From: a virus | IMG/VR virus record: IMGVR_UViG_3300010883_026915 | Location: 16,015 to 80,014 of that record | Reading direction: 5' to 3' (one strand) | DNA length: 64,000 bases | Shown: piece after piece, positions 1-8,946 of the stretch | Numbering within the stretch: the first letter of the stretch is position 1 | Layout of the letters: every line of letters starts with the position of its first letter | The notes under the pieces: generated by a model | The model's input: only the letters and a program-made list of their open reading frames with translations | The model's database searches: none | What the model was told of the DNA's origin: nothing | Program-made: the position numbers and the translations under genes

Positions 1-111
1 TTTTATGATCTCATTCATCAGACAGATAACAAGTGTCCATCAATAAGAGGCGAAAAAGCTAGACTTAAAGATTCATCATTACGAGGTGCAATTGAGTCAA
101 AAGAAGAGTAG
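1..111 (+). CDS. 3' end of a gene truncated by the window start (hypothetical protein)
   Basis: Frame 1 is open from base 1 (FYDLIHQTDNKCPSIRGEKARLKDSSLRGAIESKEE) to TAG at 109-111 and overlaps the next gene; not in the ORF track. Confidence 0.55.
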   Translation, partial: FYDLIHQTDNKCPSIRGEKARLKDSSLRGAIESKEE

Positions 112-1231
112 TATAGAAAAAGTTATAATGATACCAGCTCGTGCCGGTAGCAAGAGAATTAAGAAAAAAAACATTAGGCTTCTTAGTGGCAAGCCGCTTA
201 TATCATATGCTATTAAGGCTTCCCTAGAGACAGGGCTTAAGGTTTATGTAAATTCTGACTGTGAAGTTATTCTAAAGCTAGCTGCGGATATGGGATGTAT
301 ACCGTATAGAAGAGATGACTCACTATGCACAGACTTTTCTACAAATGATGAGTTTATGAATGACTTTATAGATAATATAAAATCAGAGTATGTTTTACAG
401 ATTCTTCCAACGTCGCCGTTTATAACAAGAGATGAAATATTAAATTTTTCAAAAGAGATGAATAATTTTGATACACTTATTTCAGTTAAGGATGCACAGA
501 TTGGATGTGTATATAATAGTAACCCTGTAAACTTTGACAAAACTAAGCAAAACCCGCCTTCACAGGAAATAGAGCCAGTAAAGATATATGCAACGTCTTT
601 AATGGGATGGAAATGTTCAACATTTAAAGATAATATGTCAATGTTTGGTTGTGCATATCATGGCGGAAGTAAAAATACTGGATATTTTACACTTACAGGA
701 TGGTCTACTGTAGATATAGATAATGAGTCTGATTTTATGATTGCTGAGTCTATAGCACAGATGATACCATTTGAAAAATTATACAAGCCATCATATCATG
801 AACCAGAAACTTATTCTGACGATTTTGTTCCAAGGGTTTTAAAACAAGACGGAATACATGATGGAAATCCATCAACACCAAATAAAAACATAATATCAGT
901 TACAAATCTTATGAATAGTGGAGTTGATAAAAGTGCATGGTATCATACCCTTGTAGATACTGAGAATAATTCATGTACTCTAATAAACCAGATGCCTGGT
1001 GAGGGAAATAGACGTCATTACCATGCAAAATGGAATGAGTGGTGGTATATTCTTAGGGGAGAGTGGAAATTTGAAATAGGCGACGATATTCACAAAGTAA
1101 AATCTGGTGATCTTGTTTTTATAGAAAAGGGCCACCGCCATAAAATAACTGCAGCTGGAGATAAAATTGCATCAAGGCTTGCTGTATCCAGATATGATGT
1201 AGAGCACATATATAGAAAAGATGAAATATGA
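86..1231 (+). CDS. Acylneuraminate/ulosonate cytidylyltransferase (NeuA/CMP-Kdo synthetase family) fused to a C-terminal cupin
   Basis: IPARAGSKRIKKKNIRLLSGKPLI, PTSPF and DIDNESDF are CMP-NeuAc synthetase motifs; the C-terminus HYHAKWNEWWYILRGE...GDLVFIEKGHRH is a cupin motif. True start may be TTG at 92 (GAGG upstream). Confidence 0.88.
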   Translation: MQLSQKKSSIEKVIMIPARAGSKRIKKKNIRLLSGKPLISYAIKASLETGLKVYVNSDCEVILKLAADMGCIPYRRDDSLCTDFSTNDEFMNDFIDNIKSEYVLQILPTSPFITRDEILNFSKEMNNFDTLISVKDAQIGCVYNSNPVNFDKTKQNPPSQEIEPVKIYATSLMGWKCSTFKDNMSMFGCAYHGGSKNTGYFTLTGWSTVDIDNESDFMIAESIAQMIPFEKLYKPSYHEPETYSDDFVPRVLKQDGIHDGNPSTPNKNIISVTNLMNSGVDKSAWYHTLVDTENNSCTLINQMPGEGNRRHYHAKWNEWWYILRGEWKFEIGDDIHKVKSGDLVFIEKGHRHKITAAGDKIASRLAVSRYDVEHIYRKDEI

Positions 1232-1938
1232 AAATAGATTATTTGGGAAAAAAAGTTCTTGTAACTGGTGGAACTAGGGGAATTGGAAAAAGCCTTGTTG
1301 ATAATTTTAAAAATCTCGGCGCAAGTGTCTGGTATACAGGAAGAAAACTAGACTTAAATGAAAAAGGTTATATTCAGGTAGATTTTTCAAAAAAACGTCA
1401 AATGGAAAAATTTCTTAAAAAAATAGCAAGTATTGACTTTGACGTTGTAATAAACAATGCGGGTACAAACAAAATTGGACCAATTGAAGAGTATAGTGAA
1501 AATGACTATAGCTTGATTATTGATTTAAATCTAACATCATGTTTTAAGATAATGAAAGCTGTCATTCCGGGAATGAAGGCAAGGGGTTACGGAAGAATAG
1601 TTAACATTACATCTATATCTAGTGAGATTAGTATGCCACTGAGAACAGCTTATTGCTCAAGTAAGTTTGGACTAGTTGGGTTAACAAAAGCAGCTGCAGT
1701 AGAATCTGCAAGACATGGAATTCTTATAAACTCCGTGGGACCGGGAGTTACAGAAACTGAATTAACAGTAGATATTCTCGGAAAAGATAAGATGGCTGAA
1801 ATAGCTAAAAATATTCCGGCAGGAAGGCTAGCATGTGTTCAAGATATAGCATCTACTGTAATGTTTGTCGCTAGTGATCTTAATTCTTATATTGTAGGTC
1901 AAAATATTCTTGTTGACGGAGGTTACACGTGTGTCTAG
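1228..1938 (+). CDS. SDR family NAD(P)-dependent oxidoreductase
   Basis: TGGTRGIG, NNAG, catalytic YCSSK, C-terminal VDGG; ATGA overlap with the upstream gene. Confidence 0.92.
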   Translation: MKIDYLGKKVLVTGGTRGIGKSLVDNFKNLGASVWYTGRKLDLNEKGYIQVDFSKKRQMEKFLKKIASIDFDVVINNAGTNKIGPIEEYSENDYSLIIDLNLTSCFKIMKAVIPGMKARGYGRIVNITSISSEISMPLRTAYCSSKFGLVGLTKAAAVESARHGILINSVGPGVTETELTVDILGKDKMAEIAKNIPAGRLACVQDIASTVMFVASDLNSYIVGQNILVDGGYTCV

Positions 1939-3013
1939 TATAATATCAATTAAATCGTATATTGGTAAGTACACTGTATCTGTATATGATACAGAGCAAT
2001 GTAAAAATGCACGATCTCAAGCTCTAGAAAAGCTTTCTTGTAATACTTTTTTAGTAATTGATAGAAAGGTAGCTAGTCTATATCCAGAGATTACTGAATA
2101 CTGGAGTGATAATAACATTCATAAAATAGATGCTCTTGAATCAAATAAAGAGCTAGCGACATGCGAAATTTTATTAAAAAAATTAAATGATGCTTCTTTT
2201 AAAAAAAATATGAAATTAGTTGCAATTGGCGGCGGAATTATACAGGATATTACTTCGTTTACAGCTTCAATATTATATAGAGGTGTTGATTGGATTTTTA
2301 TACCTACAACACTTTTGGCCCAGGCAGATAGTTGTATCGGCAGCAAAACTTCTATTAATTTTAATGGAGCTAAAAATATTTTAGGAAATTTCTACCCACC
2401 TATGGAGGTTTACTGTTTTACGGATTTTCTTAGCTCACTGTCTAAGAATGATATAAAAAGCGGAATAGGAGAAATATTACACTATTATATTGTCGACAAT
2501 AGTCAGCATTCTAAAGAAATTATAAGAGATTATGATAAAATTCTAGAAAATCCTGGAGTAATATATTCTCACATTTTAGAAAGTCTGTCAATTAAAAAGA
2601 GAATGATTGAAATAGATGAGTTTGATAAAAAACAGCGAAGGATTTTTAATTATGGACATACTTTTGGGCATGCAATAGAGGTGTTAAGTGACTTTAAAAT
2701 CTCACACGGACAGGCTGTCACACTGGGCATGGATATTGCAAACTTTGTTTCATTCTCACTGGGGATGATACCGATCGAGAGATATAAATCTTTATGTGAG
2801 ATTTTATCAAAAAATATTCCTATCTTTAGAATAGAAAGTAAAAAAATAGATGATTTTATTAGACTGCTTCAAAAAGATAAAAAAAGTATAAAGGACAATA
2901 TTGTTTGTATACTTCCTGTTGGAGATAGTGATGTATCAGTTATAACAATTTCACATATTGATACATTAAGATCTCTAATAAAAGAGTATACAATGCTAAG
3001 TGTAGAGATTTGA
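1931..3013 (+). CDS. 3-dehydroquinate synthase-like sugar-phosphate cyclase (AroB-related)
   Basis: GGGIIQD, PTTLLAQADSCIGSKT, KNILGNFYPP, NYGHTFGHAIE, SHGQAV; start placed at GTG 1931 behind GGAGG (ORF track starts at 1910). Confidence 0.85.
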   Translation: MSSIISIKSYIGKYTVSVYDTEQCKNARSQALEKLSCNTFLVIDRKVASLYPEITEYWSDNNIHKIDALESNKELATCEILLKKLNDASFKKNMKLVAIGGGIIQDITSFTASILYRGVDWIFIPTTLLAQADSCIGSKTSINFNGAKNILGNFYPPMEVYCFTDFLSSLSKNDIKSGIGEILHYYIVDNSQHSKEIIRDYDKILENPGVIYSHILESLSIKKRMIEIDEFDKKQRRIFNYGHTFGHAIEVLSDFKISHGQAVTLGMDIANFVSFSLGMIPIERYKSLCEILSKNIPIFRIESKKIDDFIRLLQKDKKSIKDNIVCILPVGDSDVSVITISHIDTLRSLIKEYTMLSVEI

Positions 3014-3327
3014 TGAAAGTTTATGTAGACATAGATGAGACAATATGCTATTATGATGGATTGCGAGAATATGAGCTTGCTATCCCAATTAGGAAAAATA
3101 TTAAAAAAGTTAACAAGCTCTTTGAAGAAGGTCATGAGATAACATACTGGACAGCAAGAGGATCTACAACAGGAATTGACTGGTACAATATTACAAAAGA
3201 TCAGTTAGAAAAATGGAATTGCAAGTATCACATATTAAGTGTGGGTGAAAAACCAGATTACGATATTTTAATATGTGATAAAGCACACAACTCAAAATCT
3301 TTTTTTAGCAACTTAGACGACGGATAA
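3010..3327 (+). CDS. Small HAD-like phosphatase (capsule biosynthesis phosphatase type)
   Basis: VDIDETIC (DxD), YWTARG, KP.YD..ICDK motifs. Confidence 0.8.
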   Translation: MMKVYVDIDETICYYDGLREYELAIPIRKNIKKVNKLFEEGHEITYWTARGSTTGIDWYNITKDQLEKWNCKYHILSVGEKPDYDILICDKAHNSKSFFSNLDDG

Positions 3328-3330
3328 AAC

Positions 3331-4089
3331 ATGCTATATAATAATATTAATGATTTTAAATCAAAATATGCTATCTTTAAATCAAAATACGAAAATAATG
3401 ATACATTTGAATCAACTGATCTATGTACAATATTAGACTCTAACAGGTCAGATAAATCATACCCTAGCGATTCAAAAGATAGGATTGATGATTATACAGA
3501 GCTTGTTCTAAAGAAAAAGAGATCTTTTCACAATTATTCTCTGTTCTATCATGAGTTTTTTTCACATATTAGAGAGGACAACATGTCAATATTTGAAGTA
3601 GGCCTGGGAAGTAATAATAGCGATGTTCGAGGGTTTATGGGAAATGATGCAAGACCTGGTGCATCTCTATATGCATGGTCAGAATACTTTAAAAATGGAA
3701 GGATATACGGTGCTGATATTGATAAAAGAATAATATTTAATGACGATAACAAAAGAATAAAGACATACTGTTTTGATCAAGCAAATAGAGATAGTGTAAG
3801 AAGAGCTTTTGATGAAATTGGTCACAAAGTTGATATTATAATAGATGACGGATTACACTTTCCAGAATACAATATGAAATTTTTTGAAAATTCATTTCAA
3901 TATTTGGAAGAGGGCGGACTTTTTATAATAGAAGATTTGTTTTTGGCAAGACATACAACAAAAAACTTTAATAAACAACACAAGAGAAATCTAGAAAAAA
4001 TAAGAGGTACATGTAGATTTGCAGATATACTAACACTAAAGTCTACATTTAATAAGAAAGATAATAACCTAATGGTGATTTTAAAATGA
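3331..4089 (+). CDS. Class I SAM-dependent methyltransferase, likely a sugar O-methyltransferase
   Basis: FEVGLG...GASLYAWSEYF..GRIYGADID...DIIIDDGLH...GGLFIIED pattern of MycE/Mtf-type sugar methyltransferases. Confidence 0.75.
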   Translation: MLYNNINDFKSKYAIFKSKYENNDTFESTDLCTILDSNRSDKSYPSDSKDRIDDYTELVLKKKRSFHNYSLFYHEFFSHIREDNMSIFEVGLGSNNSDVRGFMGNDARPGASLYAWSEYFKNGRIYGADIDKRIIFNDDNKRIKTYCFDQANRDSVRRAFDEIGHKVDIIIDDGLHFPEYNMKFFENSFQYLEEGGLFIIEDLFLARHTTKNFNKQHKRNLEKIRGTCRFADILTLKSTFNKKDNNLMVILK

Positions 4090-4988
4090 AAAATGTAGTA
4101 GTTACAGGTGGTGCTGGGTTCATAGGATCAAATTTAGTAAAAGAACTTATTAAAATAGACATAAATGTAAAAATAATAGATGACTTTTCAAGCGGAAAAA
4201 GATCAAACATACCAAAGAGCAAAAATATTCATGTATGGAATCAGGATATATCAGATGCATCTGCAGAAGATCTTTTAAGCTTTATGAAAGACGTCGATGT
4301 TGTCTTTCACATGGCAGCAAGAGCACGAGTACAACCGTCTATTGATGATCCAGTGCCATTTAACAAGGCTAATGTTGATTCTACACTAAAGATACTTGTT
4401 GCTGCAAAAGACTCAAATGTCAAAAGAGTTGTATATAGTGCTAGTAGTTCATGCTATGGTGATACAAAAATAATACCAACACCTGAGACAGCAGCTAAAA
4501 ACCCTCTATCACCATATGGTCTTCAGAAATATATAGGCGAGCAATATTGTAAACTATTTAGTGAAATTTATGATATAGATACAGTTTCATTAAGATATTT
4601 TAACATATATGGAAGCGGAATGTCTAGCGATGGTGCATATTCTCTAGTTCTTGCAATATGGAAAAAACAATTCAATGAAGGCTACCCATTAACAATAACA
4701 AACGACGGAAATCAAAGAAGAGACTTTACACATGTAGATGATGTTATTAGTGCAAACATTCTTGCAGCAACATCTAAGAATAATTTTAAAGGCAAGTCAT
4801 ATAATATTGGAAATGGAAGATCCCTATCTATGAATGAAGTTTCAGATATGATAGGTGGAAAAGTAATATATTGTGAGAATAGAATGGAACCATTTGAAAC
4901 ATGTGCTGATAATACTAGTGCTATAAAAGATCTAGGGTGGAATCCAACAGGAAGTTTAAGTAATTTTATTAATAAGAATTTTAAATGA
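4086..4988 (+). CDS. NAD-dependent NDP-sugar epimerase/dehydratase
   Basis: TGGAGFIG, HMAA, SASSSCYG, SPYGLQK (YxxxK), LRYFNIYG, RDFTHVDD. Confidence 0.92.
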   Translation: MKNVVVTGGAGFIGSNLVKELIKIDINVKIIDDFSSGKRSNIPKSKNIHVWNQDISDASAEDLLSFMKDVDVVFHMAARARVQPSIDDPVPFNKANVDSTLKILVAAKDSNVKRVVYSASSSCYGDTKIIPTPETAAKNPLSPYGLQKYIGEQYCKLFSEIYDIDTVSLRYFNIYGSGMSSDGAYSLVLAIWKKQFNEGYPLTITNDGNQRRDFTHVDDVISANILAATSKNNFKGKSYNIGNGRSLSMNEVSDMIGGKVIYCENRMEPFETCADNTSAIKDLGWNPTGSLSNFINKNFK

Positions 4989-5962
4989 GTAGTCTAATAG
5001 TATCAAGAACACCCTTGAGAATAAGTTTAATAGGTGGTGGAAGTGATCTATATTCTTACTATTCAAAAGCTGGGTTTGGAAAAGTAATAAGTGTAACTAT
5101 TGACAAGTATATATACATAACTGCCCACAGTAGATACGACGGATTAATAAGAGCAAGCTATTCCAAAACAGAAATTGAAAAAAATGTAAGCGAGATAAAG
5201 CACGATCTAATAAGAGAATCAATGAATCTATTGAGAATAGAATCAGGTATAGAAGTTACCTCTATATCAGACGTAACTGCATATGGTACAGGTTTGGGGT
5301 CTTCTAGCGCGTATACTGCTGGTGTACTAAATGCTTTATCAAATCTATGTGGAAAAAAATATAGTAGATTCAATCTTGCAAATGACGCGTGCATTGTGGA
5401 AATTGAAAAATGCATGCAGCCAATAGGAAAACAAGATCAATTTTCATCAGTTTTTGGAGGACTAAATGAGATTAAATTTACAAACAATAATGTATTTGTA
5501 AGTGAGATCAATACAAGTTCAGAAAATTTAGATAATCTATCAGAAAATTTATTATTATTTGACACAGGAATAAAAAGAAAAGCTTCTACAATATTAGCAA
5601 GACAGAAAAAAGGATATGAAAACAATAAATTAGAAATAACAAGAAAACTAGTAGATTTAGTCCCACTAATGAAAAATGCTATAGTCGAAGACATAAGCCT
5701 TGTTGGAGAGATACTTGACGAAAGCTGGAATATAAAAAAAACAGTAACTAGTGGAATATCTAATGATATAATAGACGAGTATTATAAGATAGCAATGAAA
5801 AATGGAGCATCTGGTGGAAAGCTCTGCGGCGCTGGCGGTGGCGGCTTTTTGCTTTTTTATGCAAATAAAAAAGATCATAAAAGATTGAGAAGTGCACTAT
5901 GCAATATGAAAGAATTAAATTTTAAATTTGACTATGGGGGAGCAAAAATATTATGCAGCTAG
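4985..5962 (+). CDS. hddA: GHMP kinase, D-glycero-D-manno-heptose 7-phosphate kinase-like
   Basis: SRTPLRISLIGGGSD, GTGLGSSSA, IGKQDQ, GGKLCGAGGGGF; adjacent to gmhA. Confidence 0.82.
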   Translation: MSSLIVSRTPLRISLIGGGSDLYSYYSKAGFGKVISVTIDKYIYITAHSRYDGLIRASYSKTEIEKNVSEIKHDLIRESMNLLRIESGIEVTSISDVTAYGTGLGSSSAYTAGVLNALSNLCGKKYSRFNLANDACIVEIEKCMQPIGKQDQFSSVFGGLNEIKFTNNNVFVSEINTSSENLDNLSENLLLFDTGIKRKASTILARQKKGYENNKLEITRKLVDLVPLMKNAIVEDISLVGEILDESWNIKKTVTSGISNDIIDEYYKIAMKNGASGGKLCGAGGGGFLLFYANKKDHKRLRSALCNMKELNFKFDYGGAKILCS

Positions 5963-6447
5963 ATAGGCTAAAGCTTGAAATAGATAATATAAAATCATAT
6001 GTAGGCAAGCTAACAAATCTAGTTGAGTCTCATGATAGAGTTATAATAATAGGGAATGGTGGAAGTAACTCTATTGCATCTCATATATCACAGGATTACA
6101 CAAAAGCTTTGGGAAAAAATGCAATATGCTTCTCAGATCCTTCAAGACTTACATGCTATATTAACGATTACGGAATGAAAAATGCATATAGAGTTTTTAT
6201 AGAAGAATTTTCAACAAAAGACACACTAGTAATTGCAATATCATCCTCTGGTAATTCTGACAATATAATAAATGCTGTTAAATATTGCAATAAAAATAAC
6301 ATAAAGACTGTTACCCTTTCCGGATTCGAAAAAGATAATAAGCTTAATATGCTAGACAGCGAAATTAATTACTGGGTAGACTCTAGAGATTATGGTGTTA
6401 TTGAATGCGCACATCTTGTATTTCTTCATTCTATAATAAAATATTAG
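5953..6447 (+). CDS. gmhA: SIS-domain phosphoheptose (sedoheptulose-7-phosphate) isomerase
   Basis: IGNGGSNSIASH, TCYINDYG, ISSSGNSDNII, YGVIECAH. Confidence 0.82.
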   Translation: MQLDRLKLEIDNIKSYVGKLTNLVESHDRVIIIGNGGSNSIASHISQDYTKALGKNAICFSDPSRLTCYINDYGMKNAYRVFIEEFSTKDTLVIAISSSGNSDNIINAVKYCNKNNIKTVTLSGFEKDNKLNMLDSEINYWVDSRDYGVIECAHLVFLHSIIKY

Positions 6448-6453
6448 GAAAAA

Positions 6454-6759
6454 ATGAGAATATTTGTAGATATCGATGGAACTATTTGTAAAACATTAAA
6501 AGATGATGGAGCTTGGGATTATAGGAATTCAAAGCCTATCCATACAAATATTGAAAAAATAAATAAGCTGAAGGCTGATGGCAATGAGATAGTTTATTGG
6601 ACTGCAAGAGGTAGTACTTCTGGAATAGACTGGCATGATTTTACACATAATCAGCTTATGCTGTGGGGTTGTTTATTTGATGATCTTATATGTGGCAAAA
6701 AAAAGGGAGCCTTTGATATGATAATTGATGATAAAGCAAAGAGAATTGAAGAGATATGA
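6454..6759 (+). CDS. Small HAD-like phosphatase (paralog of 3010-3327)
   Basis: VDIDGTIC, YWTARGSTSGIDW, IIDDKA. Confidence 0.8.
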   Translation: MRIFVDIDGTICKTLKDDGAWDYRNSKPIHTNIEKINKLKADGNEIVYWTARGSTSGIDWHDFTHNQLMLWGCLFDDLICGKKKGAFDMIIDDKAKRIEEI

Positions 6760-7637
6760 AAATAGGGATAATAGGCCAGGGATTTGTAGGATCTGCTATA
6801 AAGGCGGGACTAAAGAATTTTTATGACATTAGAACATATGATATTGATGAGTCAAGATGTAACAGTACCCATCAAGCAGTTTGTTATGAGTCAGATATTA
6901 TTTTTGTATGTCTCCCTACACCAATGAGAAAAGATGGCAGCTGTGATACTAGAATGCTAGAATTCGCAATTGATAAAGCTTATAATGTTTTAAAGGATGA
7001 GCACAAAATACCTAAACATTCTGATTTTCTAAATAAGCAAAATCATAAAAAGATCTTTGTAATAAAATCAACTGTACCTCCCGGGACAACAGCAAGAATA
7101 GCTTCTAGCTATAAGGGTATTGACATTTGCTTTAGTCCAGAATTCCTTACTGAGGCGAATTCTTTTGAAGACTTTAAGAATCAGAGCAGAATTATCATAG
7201 GCGGCCCAAGACCGGCAACGGGCACAGTAAAACAAATGTTTAGAAAAGCATTCCCTACAATACCTATTGTTAAAACAGGAACAAAGACTGCAGAAATGGT
7301 AAAGTACTTTACAAACTGTTTTCTTGCAACAAAAGTGACTTTTGCAAATGAAATGTATGATATATGCACTGCTGCAAATGTAGATTTTGACAAAGTTACA
7401 GAATATGCTCTACACGATAAAAGAATTGGAAATAGTCATTTAACTGTTCCTGGGCCAGATGGCGACAGGGGTTTTGGCGGCCATTGTTTTCCAAAAGACA
7501 CAAAAGCAATTGTTTATTTCGCAAAAACACTAGGTATAGATGCAGAAGTTTTAAAAAGTGTTCTTAACAAAAATGATAAGATTAGAAGTGATAGAGATTG
7601 GGAAAAGATGAAAGGTAGAGCTATAAGTGAAGACTAG
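6756..7637 (+). CDS. ugd: UDP-glucose/GDP-mannose dehydrogenase family protein (short form lacking the C-terminal domain)
   Basis: GIIGQGFVG, CLPTP, KSTVPPGTT, SPEFL.E, AEMVKY, GFGGHCFPKD (catalytic Cys). Confidence 0.88.
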   Translation: MKIGIIGQGFVGSAIKAGLKNFYDIRTYDIDESRCNSTHQAVCYESDIIFVCLPTPMRKDGSCDTRMLEFAIDKAYNVLKDEHKIPKHSDFLNKQNHKKIFVIKSTVPPGTTARIASSYKGIDICFSPEFLTEANSFEDFKNQSRIIIGGPRPATGTVKQMFRKAFPTIPIVKTGTKTAEMVKYFTNCFLATKVTFANEMYDICTAANVDFDKVTEYALHDKRIGNSHLTVPGPDGDRGFGGHCFPKDTKAIVYFAKTLGIDAEVLKSVLNKNDKIRSDRDWEKMKGRAISED

Positions 7638-8049
7638 AATTATCAAAGGAATTATAGCCGGAAGCTTTGACCTAATTCACCCAGGCTACATAAAAATGTT
7701 TGAAGATGCTAGAAAAAATGCATGTGATTATCTAGTCATAGCTTTACAGAGTGATCCCACAGTCGAGAGGCCTGAAAAGTGTAAGCCTGTTCAGAGTGTA
7801 AGTGATAGAGAGTATATTTTAAGATCAATAAGATATATTGACGATATTGTTCATTATACAACTGAGGTCGAGCTGCTTGATATCTTAAAGAATTATGATT
7901 ATGACGTCAGAATAATTGGTAGTGATTATTCAACTGATACTGGATTTACAGGTTGTGAAATTGATAAGCATGTGTATTTTCATAAGAGAGATCACTGCTA
8001 CTCTCTAACAGACCTAAAGAAAAGAATAATAAATAGCGGAGTGTTATAA
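7627..8049 (+). CDS. Cytidylyltransferase-like nucleotidyltransferase (TagD/RfaE domain II family)
   Basis: GSFDLIHPGY (HIGH-like), CDYLVIALQSDP, IIGSDY. Confidence 0.82.
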   Translation: MKTRIIKGIIAGSFDLIHPGYIKMFEDARKNACDYLVIALQSDPTVERPEKCKPVQSVSDREYILRSIRYIDDIVHYTTEVELLDILKNYDYDVRIIGSDYSTDTGFTGCEIDKHVYFHKRDHCYSLTDLKKRIINSGVL

Positions 8050-8050
8050 T

Positions 8051-8944
8051 ATGAAAAATATAAGCCTGGTAACTGGAGGTTGTGGCTTTATTGGAAGTCA
8101 CATCGTAGATAAACTTATAACATTGGGTAATGAAGTAAGAGTAATTGATGACCTGTCAGCACAAGAAAATGAGGAGTTTTACTATAATGAAAAAGCTACC
8201 TACTGGAAGAAAGATATATCTAAAGATGACTGTAGCAATATTTTTAATAATGTTGACTATGTTTTTCATCTTGCCGCCCGCAGTCGCATTCAGCCTACTA
8301 TTGAAAATCCCGGGGCTTGCTTCGATGTTAACGTAGTAGGTACACAGAGGGTCCTGGAATGGTCCAGGTTGAACTCTGTTAAGAAGCTTATATATTCTAG
8401 TACGTCTTCACTATACGGCCAACAGAATTCAATTCCGTTCCAGCCAAATATGCCTCCATATTGCCTAAATCCATACTCAATGTCAAAATGGATGGGAGAG
8501 CAAGTTTGCAAATTATATTTTCAGCTATATGATTTAAATTCAATAGTTTTAAGATATTTTAATGTTTATGGCCCAAGGGAGCCAATCAAGGGCCAGTATG
8601 CTCCTGTTATTGGCCTTTTTAAAAGACAGTCAGCTGAAGGAGAAAGAATAACTATTGTGGGTGATGGATTGCAAAGAAGAGACTTTACTTACATTGAAGA
8701 TGTTGTTAATGCAAATATTTGCTCAATTGAGTCAAACATAGATCATAAAATTTACAATGTTGGAACTGGTAAAAATTATTCAATAATAGAAATAGCAGAT
8801 ATGATAAATAACGGAAACGGAATTGAGCATATTAGTGAAAGACCAGCTGAAGTAAGAGAAACACTTGCAGATATTACTAAAACAGAGGTAGATCTTGGCT
8901 GGCGACCATTGCACTCGCTAGAAGAAAAGATCAGCAAGTATTAA
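8051..8944 (+). CDS. NAD-dependent NDP-sugar epimerase/dehydratase (paralog of 4086-4988)
   Basis: TGGCGFIG, HLAARSRIQP, NPYSMSK, LRYFNVYG, RDFTYIED. Confidence 0.92.
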   Translation: MKNISLVTGGCGFIGSHIVDKLITLGNEVRVIDDLSAQENEEFYYNEKATYWKKDISKDDCSNIFNNVDYVFHLAARSRIQPTIENPGACFDVNVVGTQRVLEWSRLNSVKKLIYSSTSSLYGQQNSIPFQPNMPPYCLNPYSMSKWMGEQVCKLYFQLYDLNSIVLRYFNVYGPREPIKGQYAPVIGLFKRQSAEGERITIVGDGLQRRDFTYIEDVVNANICSIESNIDHKIYNVGTGKNYSIIEIADMINNGNGIEHISERPAEVRETLADITKTEVDLGWRPLHSLEEKISKY

Positions 8945-8946
8945 GA

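Noticed and set aside
1931-3013. aroB as an auxiliary metabolic gene for aromatic amino acid synthesis
   Set aside because: Motifs diverge from canonical AroB, it is coupled to nucleotide-sugar genes, and no other shikimate gene is in the window
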